A stretch of DNA of 64,000 nucleotides from Synergistales bacterium (GTDB lineage Bacteria > Synergistota > Synergistia > Synergistales > JAFGMB01). The notes below the pieces were generated by a model. It saw only the letters and a program-made list of their open reading frames with translations, made no database searches and had not been told where the DNA came from. The first letter of the stretch is position 1, and each line of letters begins with the position of its first letter. Shown here one piece after another: positions 18,880-28,488 of the stretch. The DNA lies in assembly GCA_963666205.1 (NCBI GenBank), contig OY762654.1, positions 320,001 to 384,000 on the forward strand, read 5' to 3'. The position numbers and the translations under genes are program-made.

Positions 18880-19490
18880 TGATCGGGATTGTTGATTACC
18901 AGGTAGGGAATGTTGGGAATGTGTTGAGGGCATTGAAGGTTCTGGATTTGGATGCTGGAGTGATCAGAAATCCACTGTTTGCTACAAAGGACACAGAAGC
19001 ACTTATCTTGCCCGGAGTTGGAGCCTTTGGGCCTGCTATGGAAAATCTCGAAAGAAGTGGCTGGGCGAACTTTCTTAAAACATGGAACAAGAAGGGACTT
19101 CCCATTCTAGGTATATGCCTGGGCATGCAGCTTATGTGTGATCAAAGTCTGGAAAATGGAGTTCATAAGGGTCTGGGATTTATCCAGGGCACTGTTAATT
19201 CCCTTGGAACACAGAAATTACCCCATATGGGATGGAATGATATCACGTGGAACGGAAGAACGCCCTTGCTTGCTTCTTCGGTTCCAGACAGGTCTTTCTT
19301 TTATTTCGTCCACAGTTTCGCTCTTTTTGAATCACCTGATACTGCGGCAACTACCAGAGTAGAAAACAGGGATTTCGTTTCAATTTTCGTTAAAGATAAT
19401 CTTGCCGGTTTCCAATTTCACCCCGAACGAAGTGGTCTCCATGGTCTGAGATTACTCGGAACAACTCTGTCTTATTTAATGGGTATATGA
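18879..19490 (+). CDS. hisH: Imidazole glycerol phosphate synthase, glutaminase subunit
   Basis: LPGVGAF, GICLGMQ, PHMGWN, YFVHS, QFHPE. Confidence 0.97.
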   Translation: MIGIVDYQVGNVGNVLRALKVLDLDAGVIRNPLFATKDTEALILPGVGAFGPAMENLERSGWANFLKTWNKKGLPILGICLGMQLMCDQSLENGVHKGLGFIQGTVNSLGTQKLPHMGWNDITWNGRTPLLASSVPDRSFFYFVHSFALFESPDTAATTRVENRDFVSIFVKDNLAGFQFHPERSGLHGLRLLGTTLSYLMGI

Positions 19491-20206
19491 TGATGATAAT
19501 ATATCCAGCGATAGATCTATACAATAATGGAGTTGTGAGATTGTTCCAGGGCGAATATACCCGAAAGACAACCTATGATTTTTCTCCAATTGAACTGGCC
19601 AGGAATTTTATTCAACAGGGAGCCGAATGGATACATATAGTAGACCTTGAGGGTGCAGAGAAAGGCCATCCTATCCACTTGCCACTTGTTGAAAAGATAG
19701 TATCAGAGGGGATCAAGGTGCAGGTGGGAGGAGGGCTACGTAGTATACAGGATATCGATTTGGCCTTTAAGACGGGTGCTTCCAGAGTTTATGTAGGAAG
19801 CCTTCTTGCCAGAGATTCACTGGCTGCACAGAAATTGTACGACTGTTGGGGCGAAAGGATAATTCCGGCTGTAGACATCAAGGATAACGGAATAGCTATC
19901 TCAGGGTGGCAGGAAACCGTGAAGGAAGATCCTTACTTTGTTTTATCTGCTCTTGCTGCTATCGGATACCAGGATATGCTTATAACATCCGTGGCAAAAG
20001 ACGGTACATTTCTGGGACCGGACCTGACCTTGTACAAAAATATTCTTCAGGTAATACCATTGATAAGGATTATAGCCGCCGGAGGAGTAACCTCGGTAGA
20101 AGATGTTCTGGAACTAAAAAAAGCCCATTGTTCGGGGGTAGTCATTGGAAAATCGCTTTACGAAGCAAGAATCAATCTTAAAACACTTCTGGAGGTTATC
20201 CGTTGA
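19487..20206 (+). CDS. hisA: ProFAR isomerase
   Basis: [36 protein letters not shown]. Confidence 0.96.
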   Translation: MMMIIYPAIDLYNNGVVRLFQGEYTRKTTYDFSPIELARNFIQQGAEWIHIVDLEGAEKGHPIHLPLVEKIVSEGIKVQVGGGLRSIQDIDLAFKTGASRVYVGSLLARDSLAAQKLYDCWGERIIPAVDIKDNGIAISGWQETVKEDPYFVLSALAAIGYQDMLITSVAKDGTFLGPDLTLYKNILQVIPLIRIIAAGGVTSVEDVLELKKAHCSGVVIGKSLYEARINLKTLLEVIR

Positions 20207-20961
20207 TGCTGACCAAAAGAATAATACCATGCCTGGATGTCAAAAATGGAAGAGTGGTAAAGGGAGTGAGATTTAAAAATCTTAGAGATGCTGGGAATCC
20301 GGCTCAATTGGCTGAATTTTACATGAAAGAAAATGCAGATGAACTTGTTTTTCTTGATATTTCCGCTTCATGGGAAAAACGCAGAACCATGCTGAAATGG
20401 GTTCAGGATGTGGCCGACTGTATTTTTATTCCTTTTACAGTGGGAGGAGGTATTTCCTCTCTTGAACAGGCAAGAGAGATTATCAGCTTTGGAGCAGACA
20501 AGATCTCTCTCAATACTGCTGCAGTCAAAGATCCTCAACTTATCAAAGAATGTGCGGGCCTACTTGGTTCTCAAGCTGTAGTAGTTGCCATCGATGTTAA
20601 ATTAAACATACAGGGTAACTGGGAAGTTTATATAGAAGGTGGCAAAACCCCCACCGGTAAAGATGCCATAAAGTGGGTCAAAGAGGTAGAAGGGCTTGGC
20701 TGTGGGGAGATCCTGCTTACTTCGATGGATAAAGACGGAACAAAATCCGGGTATGATAATGAAATTATCAGAACGATCATGTCATCAATAAAGATCCCCC
20801 TTATCGCCTCTGGAGGTGCTGGTGAGATGGAACACTTTCTTGAGACTTTTAATGCCGGGAGTGATGCAGCCCTCGCAGCCTCTATCTTTCATTTTGGTGA
20901 GATTCGTATCAATGAACTGAAAACATATCTTCACAAACATAATATCCCCGTCAGAAGGTGA
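20203..20961 (+). CDS. hisF: Imidazole glycerol phosphate synthase, cyclase subunit
   Basis: [45 protein letters not shown]. Confidence 0.98.
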   Translation: MMLTKRIIPCLDVKNGRVVKGVRFKNLRDAGNPAQLAEFYMKENADELVFLDISASWEKRRTMLKWVQDVADCIFIPFTVGGGISSLEQAREIISFGADKISLNTAAVKDPQLIKECAGLLGSQAVVVAIDVKLNIQGNWEVYIEGGKTPTGKDAIKWVKEVEGLGCGEILLTSMDKDGTKSGYDNEIIRTIMSSIKIPLIASGGAGEMEHFLETFNAGSDAALAASIFHFGEIRINELKTYLHKHNIPVRR

Positions 20962-21590
20962 TCAGAAGAATGACAATTCCTGAAGGATGCCTCAAATTTA
21001 ATGATAGTGGTCTTATTCCAGTAATAGTACAAGATAAGTGGACATCAGAGATCCTGATGATGGCATATGCGAATTTACAGTCTCTGGAAATGACAATTGA
21101 AACAGGAGAATTACATTTTTACAGTAGATCAAGAAAGTGTATATGGCACAAAGGAGAAACTAGCGGTAACCGCATGATGCTGTGTGATCTTGCAGTTGAT
21201 TGTGACGGGGATACCCTACTTGCAAAGGTAGAACCCCTCGGTCCAGCATGTCATACAGGAAACAGAACCTGCTTCTACAGAAACATTATCAGGTCTTCAC
21301 TTCCTGAGCTTTCATTTTTGAGCATTTTATGGGATCAGTTAAAACAAAGGAAAGATGCTTCACCGGCTGAAAGTTATACCGCAAGTTTATTAAATGAAGG
21401 CAGAGAAAGAATAGGACAAAAGGTAGGGGAAGAGGGTGTAGAAACTGCAATCGCCATCGCAACCGGAAACACTGCACAGGTTTCTTATGAGACATCAGAT
21501 CTTTTTTACCACACTATGGTGGGGTTAGTTTCCATGGACCTTGATCTGAAAGATATCATTTCCGAGTTAATGAAAAGACATAGGACTTAG
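20958..21590 (+). CDS. hisIE: Bifunctional PR-AMP cyclohydrolase / PR-ATP pyrophosphohydrolase
   Basis: [43 protein letters not shown]. Confidence 0.96.
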   Translation: MIRRMTIPEGCLKFNDSGLIPVIVQDKWTSEILMMAYANLQSLEMTIETGELHFYSRSRKCIWHKGETSGNRMMLCDLAVDCDGDTLLAKVEPLGPACHTGNRTCFYRNIIRSSLPELSFLSILWDQLKQRKDASPAESYTASLLNEGRERIGQKVGEEGVETAIAIATGNTAQVSYETSDLFYHTMVGLVSMDLDLKDIISELMKRHRT

Positions 21591-21599
21591 GGAAAAAGG

Positions 21600-22349
21600 T
21601 TACCAGGGCCAGATGATCTTTCTTCCATTTTCATGCCTCAAAGCCATGGCTATCTCATTAAAGGTGGGGCAATCAAGGAGCATTCTGGTACAATTGGCCC
21701 TTGAAATCGTTTCCAGCTTGTGGGAATCAGAAGATCGAATGATCGAACGGTATGGATAGGCATTTTTAATCTTTACTGCTTCTTGAGCAGTAATATTACA
21801 TGATAATTCCAGCGCATCTACGTTAAATTCAAAGGGTATTGGCCCAAGAACTGCAGGAAAGGAAAATGAAGGACGGTCTATGTGAGCAAGAATCGAAATG
21901 GCATTATGCCTTTTTGACTGATCCAGAACTTCTTCAATGCTGTAAGATACCCCTTGGACAAGCAGCGTGTCAACCTCGTCCAATATGTTGTTAAACCGAT
22001 CGATAATCAACTGATATCCGAATACTTCAGGCCTGTTAAGCACATTTCTGAACCCTTTTCTCAACCAGGTCTGGTATTTTTCAGCTGCTGAAAGCTCAGG
22101 GAAAATTAGAACGACGTGGATATCCTCAGCCGTCTGGACCTCAATTCCAGAGAGAACGGCAGGGCCTTCCGGACCTGCCGCATCTTGAATAGCCCTGACA
22201 TTTGAACATTCATTATGATCTGTAATTGCTATAAGGTGTATACCCTGGTCTATAACCTGTGCAATAATCTCGGGGGCTCCCATTTCCAGTTCCCCACAGG
22301 GGGAGAGAACCGTATGTACATGGAGGTCGACAAAGTACTCGGAAAGCAT
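21600..22349 (-). CDS. PHP-domain phosphoesterase
   Basis: DLHVHT, ITDHN, AHIDR, SSDSH metal-binding motifs. Confidence 0.9.
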   Translation of the reverse strand: MLSEYFVDLHVHTVLSPCGELEMGAPEIIAQVIDQGIHLIAITDHNECSNVRAIQDAAGPEGPAVLSGIEVQTAEDIHVVLIFPELSAAEKYQTWLRKGFRNVLNRPEVFGYQLIIDRFNNILDEVDTLLVQGVSYSIEEVLDQSKRHNAISILAHIDRPSFSFPAVLGPIPFEFNVDALELSCNITAQEAVKIKNAYPYRSIIRSSDSHKLETISRANCTRMLLDCPTFNEIAMALRHENGRKIIWPW

Positions 22350-22351
22350 TA

Positions 22352-22687
22352 TCAGCCTCGAAGACCAAGGTCATAAAGTCTGTAACACAGGGTGAAAGAT
22401 GACTCTTCCGATATGGCCAGAGCAATATTTTCCATATCACATCTCGTCTTCAGATCAGCCATTACAGGTCTTCCCGAGGCTACTATTATCAGGGGTATCT
22501 CCTTCAGTACAGCAACTGCTGCGACATTAAGATGGTTCTGTACTGTTATCCAAATGGAACCAGATTTTGCTTTGCCTATGATAAAACTCATAAGATCACC
22601 CGAGATCACGCTGGTAATTTCCCTGTTTTCATCCCCACAGCATATCAGGTCAAGGGAAAGGACTTCTGCTACATCAGATATTTTCAT
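22352..22687 (-). CDS. Stand-alone DRTGG-domain protein
   Basis: GDLMSFI, IWITVQNHLNVAAVA, LIIVASG; paralogous to 24449-24814. Confidence 0.8.
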   Translation of the reverse strand: MKISDVAEVLSLDLICCGDENREITSVISGDLMSFIIGKAKSGSIWITVQNHLNVAAVAVLKEIPLIIVASGRPVMADLKTRCDMENIALAISEESSFTLCYRLYDLGLRG

Positions 22688-23997
22688 CTTTTTCTCCTCG
22701 GCCCCCTGAGTGTATGGGGCATTTTTTCTGACAGATCGACGATTTCCCTGCCAAGATCAGTAATTGTCTCCCTGAGTTTGAAAATACAATCTGTGACTTC
22801 ACCTCGCCCCCTGACGACGTCTTCGGCCATAGCCCGACATGAAGGCCTTCCACAGGAACCACAGTTTATATTTGGGAGTTCAGAATATATCCTGTTAAGT
22901 TCTTTTAGTCTTTCCATGGCCTTGTTAAGATCATCTGAAAGAGGTTTTTTCTGAGAAGGTCCAATATTCTCTTCCAGTTTCCATATCATGGAATCACTCC
23001 ATTTTCTTATGTCAGACAATTCTTGATCGGATATGTCCCAGCAGAAATCGGTATGTTCAATACGAAGTTTGGAAAGGAATCTCGACTCGGCATTTCCAAC
23101 TCCTCCAATACAGCCGAGATCGCAGGCTCGACATTCAATGTAATCTATCCCACTGAGTCTTCCAAGTTCCATTTCTTTAAGCAGGTCCATTGTATTTCTG
23201 AGACCTGCTACAGAAATAGTTCTCAACGGACGTTCAGAAAAATACTTTATGTGGGATGATTCCCCTCCTGCAATACTCCATTTAAGCCACCTGTTATTTA
23301 CTACAGGCTGTACAGAATCGGATATCTTAGGGCCTCCTGCCAGTAGCGCTCTTACTAGTCTTTGTACAGAAACTGCAAACTTCATATTACTTTTTTTTCT
23401 GCCTACAGGGTTCCTTACAAGGGTTATTTTTGCTGGACAGGGTGAAAGAAGCGTCACATCATCGTTGTTACCTGTCAATTCTCTTCTAAGAGAGATTCCG
23501 ACTTCAAGCGGAGAATCGACTGGAACCAACCTGCCTGTCAATTCAGGATACTTGATCTGAATGAGTCTTATGACAGCTGGACAATAAGTTGAAATAAGGG
23601 GATGATTCACGGAACTTTCCTTTTCCAGCATTTTGGCAATGGTAAATGCCACAACATCATATGCAAGAGAAGCAGATTTGATAAGATCTTCAACGTTCCA
23701 GGACGAAAGGGCTTCCTTGATCAGCGATTGAGAACGATATGCTCCCATCTGAACATAAAAGGTAGGGTCTGCGATCAACAGGGCATTTTCCTGAGAATGA
23801 ATGAGTTCCCAGTCATCCTCATCGATAGTAATAGCATTGTGAGGGCAGTTGCGCATACACTCTCCACAGTCGATACAGAGTTCCGGGATTATCTGAACGC
23901 AACCTTCAATCACCCGCATTGCCTCAGTTGGACATGATTTGATACAATTTGCACAGCCTACACAAAGCGCATCCTGAACCTTAATTCCCCCTGCCAA
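22684..23997 (-). CDS. [FeFe]-hydrogenase-like protein, putative sensory (group C/D-like), with N-terminal 2x[4Fe-4S] and C-terminal FeS domain
   Basis: CVGCANCIKSCP and CIDCGECMRNCP; degenerate H-cluster motifs STYCPA, SPCPAK, ECRACDLGCIGG; C-terminal CGSCGRPSC...DC. Confidence 0.85.
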   Translation of the reverse strand: MAGGIKVQDALCVGCANCIKSCPTEAMRVIEGCVQIIPELCIDCGECMRNCPHNAITIDEDDWELIHSQENALLIADPTFYVQMGAYRSQSLIKEALSSWNVEDLIKSASLAYDVVAFTIAKMLEKESSVNHPLISTYCPAVIRLIQIKYPELTGRLVPVDSPLEVGISLRRELTGNNDDVTLLSPCPAKITLVRNPVGRKKSNMKFAVSVQRLVRALLAGGPKISDSVQPVVNNRWLKWSIAGGESSHIKYFSERPLRTISVAGLRNTMDLLKEMELGRLSGIDYIECRACDLGCIGGVGNAESRFLSKLRIEHTDFCWDISDQELSDIRKWSDSMIWKLEENIGPSQKKPLSDDLNKAMERLKELNRIYSELPNINCGSCGRPSCRAMAEDVVRGRGEVTDCIFKLRETITDLGREIVDLSEKMPHTLRGPRRKR

Positions 23998-24445
23998 TTT
24001 CTCTCCCCCCAGCCATACTTTTAAAAAGGATTACAGCTTGAACCCTTGTACCTTTACCAACCTCAGATATGATATCAAGATTGTCTGTATTTCTCTTTAT
24101 ATTTGAGAGCCCCATACCTGCTCCAAATCCAAGTTCTCTAATTGCATCAGAGGCTGTGGAATATCCTTCCTGCATTGCAAGTTCTATGTCGGGGATTCCC
24201 GGACCATTATCCTCCGCAATTATTTGTATTTTTTCCGGAGACACCAGGCAAGATATGGTACCTCCTCCAGCGTGTATTACAAGGTTCATTTCAGCTTCAT
24301 AAGCGACAATAGATGCTCTTCTAGTCAAAGAAGAAGGGATACCCATCATTTCAAGAGATCTTTTAAGCTTAGTGGAAGCTGTTCCTACATTAATAAAATC
24401 GCCTCCATCAATATGGTATTCTTCTATGTAAACATCAGAAACCAC
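23981..24445 (-). CDS. RsbT-like anti-sigma factor / Ser-Thr kinase (GHKL ATPase)
   Basis: YEAEMNLVIHAGGG, DNGPGIPDIELAMQEGYST, GAGMGLSNIK, GKGT. Confidence 0.92.
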   Translation of the reverse strand: MVSDVYIEEYHIDGGDFINVGTASTKLKRSLEMMGIPSSLTRRASIVAYEAEMNLVIHAGGGTISCLVSPEKIQIIAEDNGPGIPDIELAMQEGYSTASDAIRELGFGAGMGLSNIKRNTDNLDIISEVGKGTRVQAVILFKSMAGGREIGRGN

Positions 24446-24448
24446 AAT

Positions 24449-24814
24449 TTACACCTCTCTGTCTGGAATGGTACAGGGCAGAACCCCTTCCTTGAATAAC
24501 AAGCCACATGTTTCAAACATGCTTTTATGACAAAGAAGTACTGGCATATCGAGACTAGAAGCAAGTTGGATAGCTTCTTTCTGTGGTTTTTTCCCTCTAA
24601 CAAATATAACAGCAGGGATATCTAGCATTTGAGCAGTTCGAATGATCTGAACGTTTGTCAATCCCGTGAGAAGTAAGGAGCCAGGCCTCGCGAAGGCGAG
24701 GACATCGCTCATCAGATCTGCTCCATAGGCATATTCAATCTCGATTTCTTCAAGCAGTTCTTTACCAAAAAGGATTTCTGCATTTATAAAATGTGCAATT
24801 TCACTTAACCTCAT
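24449..24814 (-). CDS. Stand-alone DRTGG-domain protein
   Basis: GADLMSDVLA, LLTGLTNVQIIRTA, FVRGKKP, MFETCGLL. Confidence 0.85.
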   Translation of the reverse strand: MRLSEIAHFINAEILFGKELLEEIEIEYAYGADLMSDVLAFARPGSLLLTGLTNVQIIRTAQMLDIPAVIFVRGKKPQKEAIQLASSLDMPVLLCHKSMFETCGLLFKEGVLPCTIPDREV

Positions 24815-24953
24815 TGTGTCAAATCAGCTCCCTTTCATTCGTATCTGAAAATACAATTTCTTCTATTCATTCAGAAAGTTGTATTGATAATGGCAAATCC
24901 ACCAAAGAACTGTTTATACGTGCAATCTGAACCAGTTGCAGAAACTGAACGGA

Positions 24954-25451
24954 TTAACGCTTATATTTTATGATATTTTTGAGAAGTCCTACCCTTTCAT
25001 CCTGATCTTTCTCTGTCTCAATTCCCCTGGGACTAAAACCGTCTATAACCCCGATAATGCCCCTTCCCTGTTCTGTCTCACAAACTATTACCTGTATAGG
25101 GTTAGCCGTAGCAGCAAAGATCCTGCATACTTCCTGACAATTCTTTATTCTGTCGAGAACATTTATGGGATAACCGTCTTTTATCACAATTACAAAGGAA
25201 TGGCCAGCACTGATCTTTTCAACATTTGAAACAGCAGAATCTATCATTTGCCTTGAATTACCATCCCATCTTATCAGGCAGTCTCCAGAAGCTTCACAGA
25301 ATGCTAACCCAAACTGAAGGGTAGGAGAAGATGTAATAAGTGCTTCATACAGATCCTCCACTGTCTTGATAAAATGACTCTGACCTATGATAATGTTTGA
25401 ATCCTCTGGAATATCGAGTTCCGTTAATATCAGGTTTTTGATTTCAGCCAT
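24954..25451 (-). CDS. Adenosine-specific kinase family protein (DUF355)
   Basis: [47 protein letters not shown] end. Confidence 0.88.
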   Translation of the reverse strand: MAEIKNLILTELDIPEDSNIIIGQSHFIKTVEDLYEALITSSPTLQFGLAFCEASGDCLIRWDGNSRQMIDSAVSNVEKISAGHSFVIVIKDGYPINVLDRIKNCQEVCRIFAATANPIQVIVCETEQGRGIIGVIDGFSPRGIETEKDQDERVGLLKNIIKYKR

Positions 25452-25531
25452 AACAACACCTCCATAATATCTGTATTTTTTAAAAATGACCTTCCCTGAG
25501 AGTAAAAGAATACACCCAATTTATCTGCACT

Positions 25532-26365
25532 TTATAATATTAATTTATTTGTCATATTCTTACTATACTCTTCATTTTTTAAAAGAAAATCAACTAATTT
25601 TGGGATACCCAACCTGACATCTGAAGGATACTCTACTCGTGAAACAGCTTTTACCTGAGAAATAGCATTGGAAGGACAAACTCCAAGATCACTTTTATCA
25701 AGCATTTCAAGGTCGTTCATATGATCTCCTAGAGCTACAATAATATCAGGGTGAATAGTCTGCATTGCGAGTAACTCAGCCAGAGCATTACCTTTTGAGA
25801 CTCCGAATGGCAGGATATCAAGAAAGTTTTTTCCAGCCCATGTTATATGGATGTCCCTTTCTGTAATATCTGGACAATTCCTGAGGAATGACTCTGCCTT
25901 GATAAGGATTTCGGGATGTCCATAGAGGATTATCCTGGCAGGGTCAAAACGAATGTATGGTTTCTCTAGTTCGGGTCGGACATAAATCTTTAGAGAATTG
26001 AAGAAGATAGGTGTTTTAATGTCTTCCTTCCTGCAGATTACCTGGTTTCCATGAAATATCTGTATTTCCACATGCATATGCCATATTCTCGAAAGGACTG
26101 TATTTGCGATTCCAGGCATAAGAGTCTTTTCGGATATTATCCTGCCAGCTGATATTTCGCATATCTGGGCTCCATCTGAAAAGATACCCAGGTAATAAGG
26201 CTCTATGGTTTTGATAACATCCAAAGAAGATTGCATTATTCTGCCTGTAGCAAGTACAATTTCCCAACCATTCCTTTTCAGTCTTTTCAGAGCCGTAACA
26301 ACGGCTTGGTTCAATGGACCATCATTGATTAAAGTTCCATCAATATCTGTCACCAGGATTTTCAT
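25532..26365 (-). CDS. Cof-type HAD-IIB hydrolase
   Basis: DIDGTL, ATGR, SKGNAL, GDHMNDLEM. Confidence 0.92.
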   Translation of the reverse strand: MKILVTDIDGTLINDGPLNQAVVTALKRLKRNGWEIVLATGRIMQSSLDVIKTIEPYYLGIFSDGAQICEISAGRIISEKTLMPGIANTVLSRIWHMHVEIQIFHGNQVICRKEDIKTPIFFNSLKIYVRPELEKPYIRFDPARIILYGHPEILIKAESFLRNCPDITERDIHITWAGKNFLDILPFGVSKGNALAELLAMQTIHPDIIVALGDHMNDLEMLDKSDLGVCPSNAISQVKAVSRVEYPSDVRLGIPKLVDFLLKNEEYSKNMTNKLIL

Positions 26366-26409
26366 CCATTACTCCTTTTTGTGTAATTGTATTTCAAAGT
26401 TTACCAGAT

Positions 26410-26444
26410 AAAAAAACGGGATGAGTGCTTACGCACCATCCCGT
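26410..26444 (-). terminator. Intrinsic terminator after ompH
   Basis: ACGGGATG-GTGC-GTAA-GCAC-T-CATCCCGT followed by a T run (GNRA loop). Confidence 0.85.
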
Positions 26445-26490
26445 ATTGGATTTACACCAGAGCCATGTTTATTTTAACAGAATAGAATAT

Positions 26491-26934
26491 TTAATTCCCG
26501 GCATTCTTCTTTTTCAGTTCCTGGATAACATCGTTGGTTATATCTATACCTCCAAAAAATACCTGGGCCTTATCAAGAACAAGGGTAATGTTCTTTGTTT
26601 TCGCTACAGTCCTTACAGCAAGTTCAATTTCCTTGAAAAGGGGAGCCATAAGTTTCTGTTCTTCCATTGCGGCTTCCTGTTTTTTAGTCTGATATATCTG
26701 TGCTTTTTTATCATTATCTTTTTCAGCTTCAATTGCGATCTTTGCTTCATTCTGTTTAGCCGTAAGTACCGATTTGACCCTCTGTTGGGTTGCAGCAAAT
26801 TTTGGATGCTGGAAAAGGATCTTCTGTGGTTCTATTACACCAATCTTTTCGGCTGCCAGTGCGATACTTGTCCCCAGGAACGATAATAATACTGCTACTG
26901 ATACTACCAATACTACCTTTTTAGCCATAAACAT
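26491..26934 (-). CDS. OmpH/Skp outer-membrane protein chaperone
   Basis: Signal peptide, KIGVI..QKIL, coiled coil, VAK...LVLDK...GGIDITNDVI. Confidence 0.88.
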   Translation of the reverse strand: MFMAKKVVLVVSVAVLLSFLGTSIALAAEKIGVIEPQKILFQHPKFAATQQRVKSVLTAKQNEAKIAIEAEKDNDKKAQIYQTKKQEAAMEEQKLMAPLFKEIELAVRTVAKTKNITLVLDKAQVFFGGIDITNDVIQELKKKNAGN

Positions 26935-27101
26935 AATAATTCCTCCTTAACACCCGTAATTCCTGATAGGTATGCATTTTAACGTTAGACAAATAATAAG
27001 TCCAGGTAAAATTACCTAAAGTCTTTTTAACTACCACTCATATTAAATATATAACCAGAAAATATTCTACCCTTTTATAGTCTTTCTCCCCCTTTTGCAG
27101 A

Positions 27102-27782
27102 TCAATATGCTGAAATAGTCCATGTAATTGCACCAACAACACGCCCTCCAGAACTGAATATAGCTTTACTGCATACATTAAGAGTCGACCCTGTTGTTGA
27201 AACATCATCTACCAGTAAGAATTCCTGTCCTTGAACTTCTGAAGTTAGACATTTAACGGCATTTTCTGGCATATTTCGCCGTTCTTTTTGAGTCTTACCT
27301 ATTTGAGAGTTCATATCAGATCGCCAAGTCAAAAAATCAAGTACCGGGTTTCCCCAGATTTCAGAAATACCCTGTGCTATAAGTTCTGCCTGATTATAGT
27401 TTCGCATGCTTTTTCTGTGCAACGGGACAGGAACCAGCAAACAGTTCTTGAACTGCTTCACTTTCTTTGCAAGGGCCCTTCCCATGATCCGACCTAGAAA
27501 GGCATTATTCCGATATTTGATATCAAGAACAATCTTTCGGTTAATCCCTTCATGAAGATTTCCAGCAATTACTGGAAACGCACATCGATGGACAGAACAG
27601 GGATAAGGTCTTCCGCAAATGTGGCATTTTGCTATGAGCGGAATAACCAGCGAAGTCATACATTCTTCACATCCCGCCGTCCCGAGTTTCCCGCAAACCG
27701 GGCAGGAATTAGGGAAAAATAGATGAATGAAGCTTTCTTTTACAATACGAACCCCTGTACATCCATATGAAAAAAGACTCAT
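27102..27782 (-). CDS. comF: ComF-family protein (Zn finger + PRT domain)
   Basis: FPNSCPVC, VPVPLH...RNYNQAELIA, LLVDDVSTTGSTL. Confidence 0.88.
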   Translation of the reverse strand: MSLFSYGCTGVRIVKESFIHLFFPNSCPVCGKLGTAGCEECMTSLVIPLIAKCHICGRPYPCSVHRCAFPVIAGNLHEGINRKIVLDIKYRNNAFLGRIMGRALAKKVKQFKNCLLVPVPLHRKSMRNYNQAELIAQGISEIWGNPVLDFLTWRSDMNSQIGKTQKERRNMPENAVKCLTSEVQGQEFLLVDDVSTTGSTLNVCSKAIFSSGGRVVGAITWTISAY

Positions 27783-27801
27783 GGCAATAAGAAACTCAAG
27801 T

Positions 27802-28227
27802 TCATGAATATTCTATAGGACATCTCAACAACATCATAGCTCCTTCATCATCTGTGAAACCATGTTGTTTCAAAAACGGACCAAGTTCACTGGTATAAGT
27901 AATGATCAAAGGTATATCCTTTACTGCTGGATGAAAGATTGCATAGTTTAGCAGTGCAGAACCAAGTCCTTTACCCTGATGATCGGGATGAACCATGATG
28001 TCCCACAAAGAAGCCCTGAATACGAAATCTGTCAGGATTCTGCAGAACGCAATCATATTTTCTTCATAATATACAGAAAAACAGAGACTTGAAGAATTTA
28101 TCATTCGATCTATCTGTTCAAGAGAACGACCTCTGCCCCACCTGGTAAAAGTATAAAGGTGCTGAAGCTGGCCAGAGGAAACAGCCCTTTTACTATCGTA
28201 GAATCTATAGCCCTGTACTGTTAACAT
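27802..28227 (-). CDS. GNAT-family N-acetyltransferase
   Basis: FCRILTD..FRASLWDIMVHPDHQGKGLGSAL acetyl-CoA motif. Confidence 0.9.
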   Translation of the reverse strand: MLTVQGYRFYDSKRAVSSGQLQHLYTFTRWGRGRSLEQIDRMINSSSLCFSVYYEENMIAFCRILTDFVFRASLWDIMVHPDHQGKGLGSALLNYAIFHPAVKDIPLIITYTSELGPFLKQHGFTDDEGAMMLLRCPIEYS

Positions 28228-28230
28228 GGG

Positions 28231-28458
28231 CTACTGTAGCTCCTCAAAAACAGATCTGGAGCATCTGTAACAATCCGGCATACCTGCCACTATTTTGCTC
28301 AAATCAGTTTTAGTAACATCTGAGGCTACAGGCAACTGTAAGACCTGACCCACACCACAATATGGACAGATCCAGTTAACGCGCGCTATACCATCCTTAT
28401 CGGGCATACCGGAAAGGATCTTAACTTCTCCACATATCTGACATCCTACTATTAACAA
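28231..28458 (-). CDS. Small Cys-rich (zinc-ribbon-like) hypothetical protein
   Basis: CQIC...CPYC...CYRC; SD GGGAGG before TTG; tight operon spacing. Confidence 0.7.
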   Translation of the reverse strand: MLIVGCQICGEVKILSGMPDKDGIARVNWICPYCGVGQVLQLPVASDVTKTDLSKIVAGMPDCYRCSRSVFEELQ

Positions 28459-28488
28459 GGAATATCCCTCCCTTGTATCTCAAAGTTG

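Noticed and set aside
21600-22349. PHP protein as the missing histidinol-phosphatase
   Set aside because: It is on the opposite strand and coupled to the DRTGG/hydrogenase cassette, where PHP genes are commonly found; adjacency to hisIE is probably incidental.
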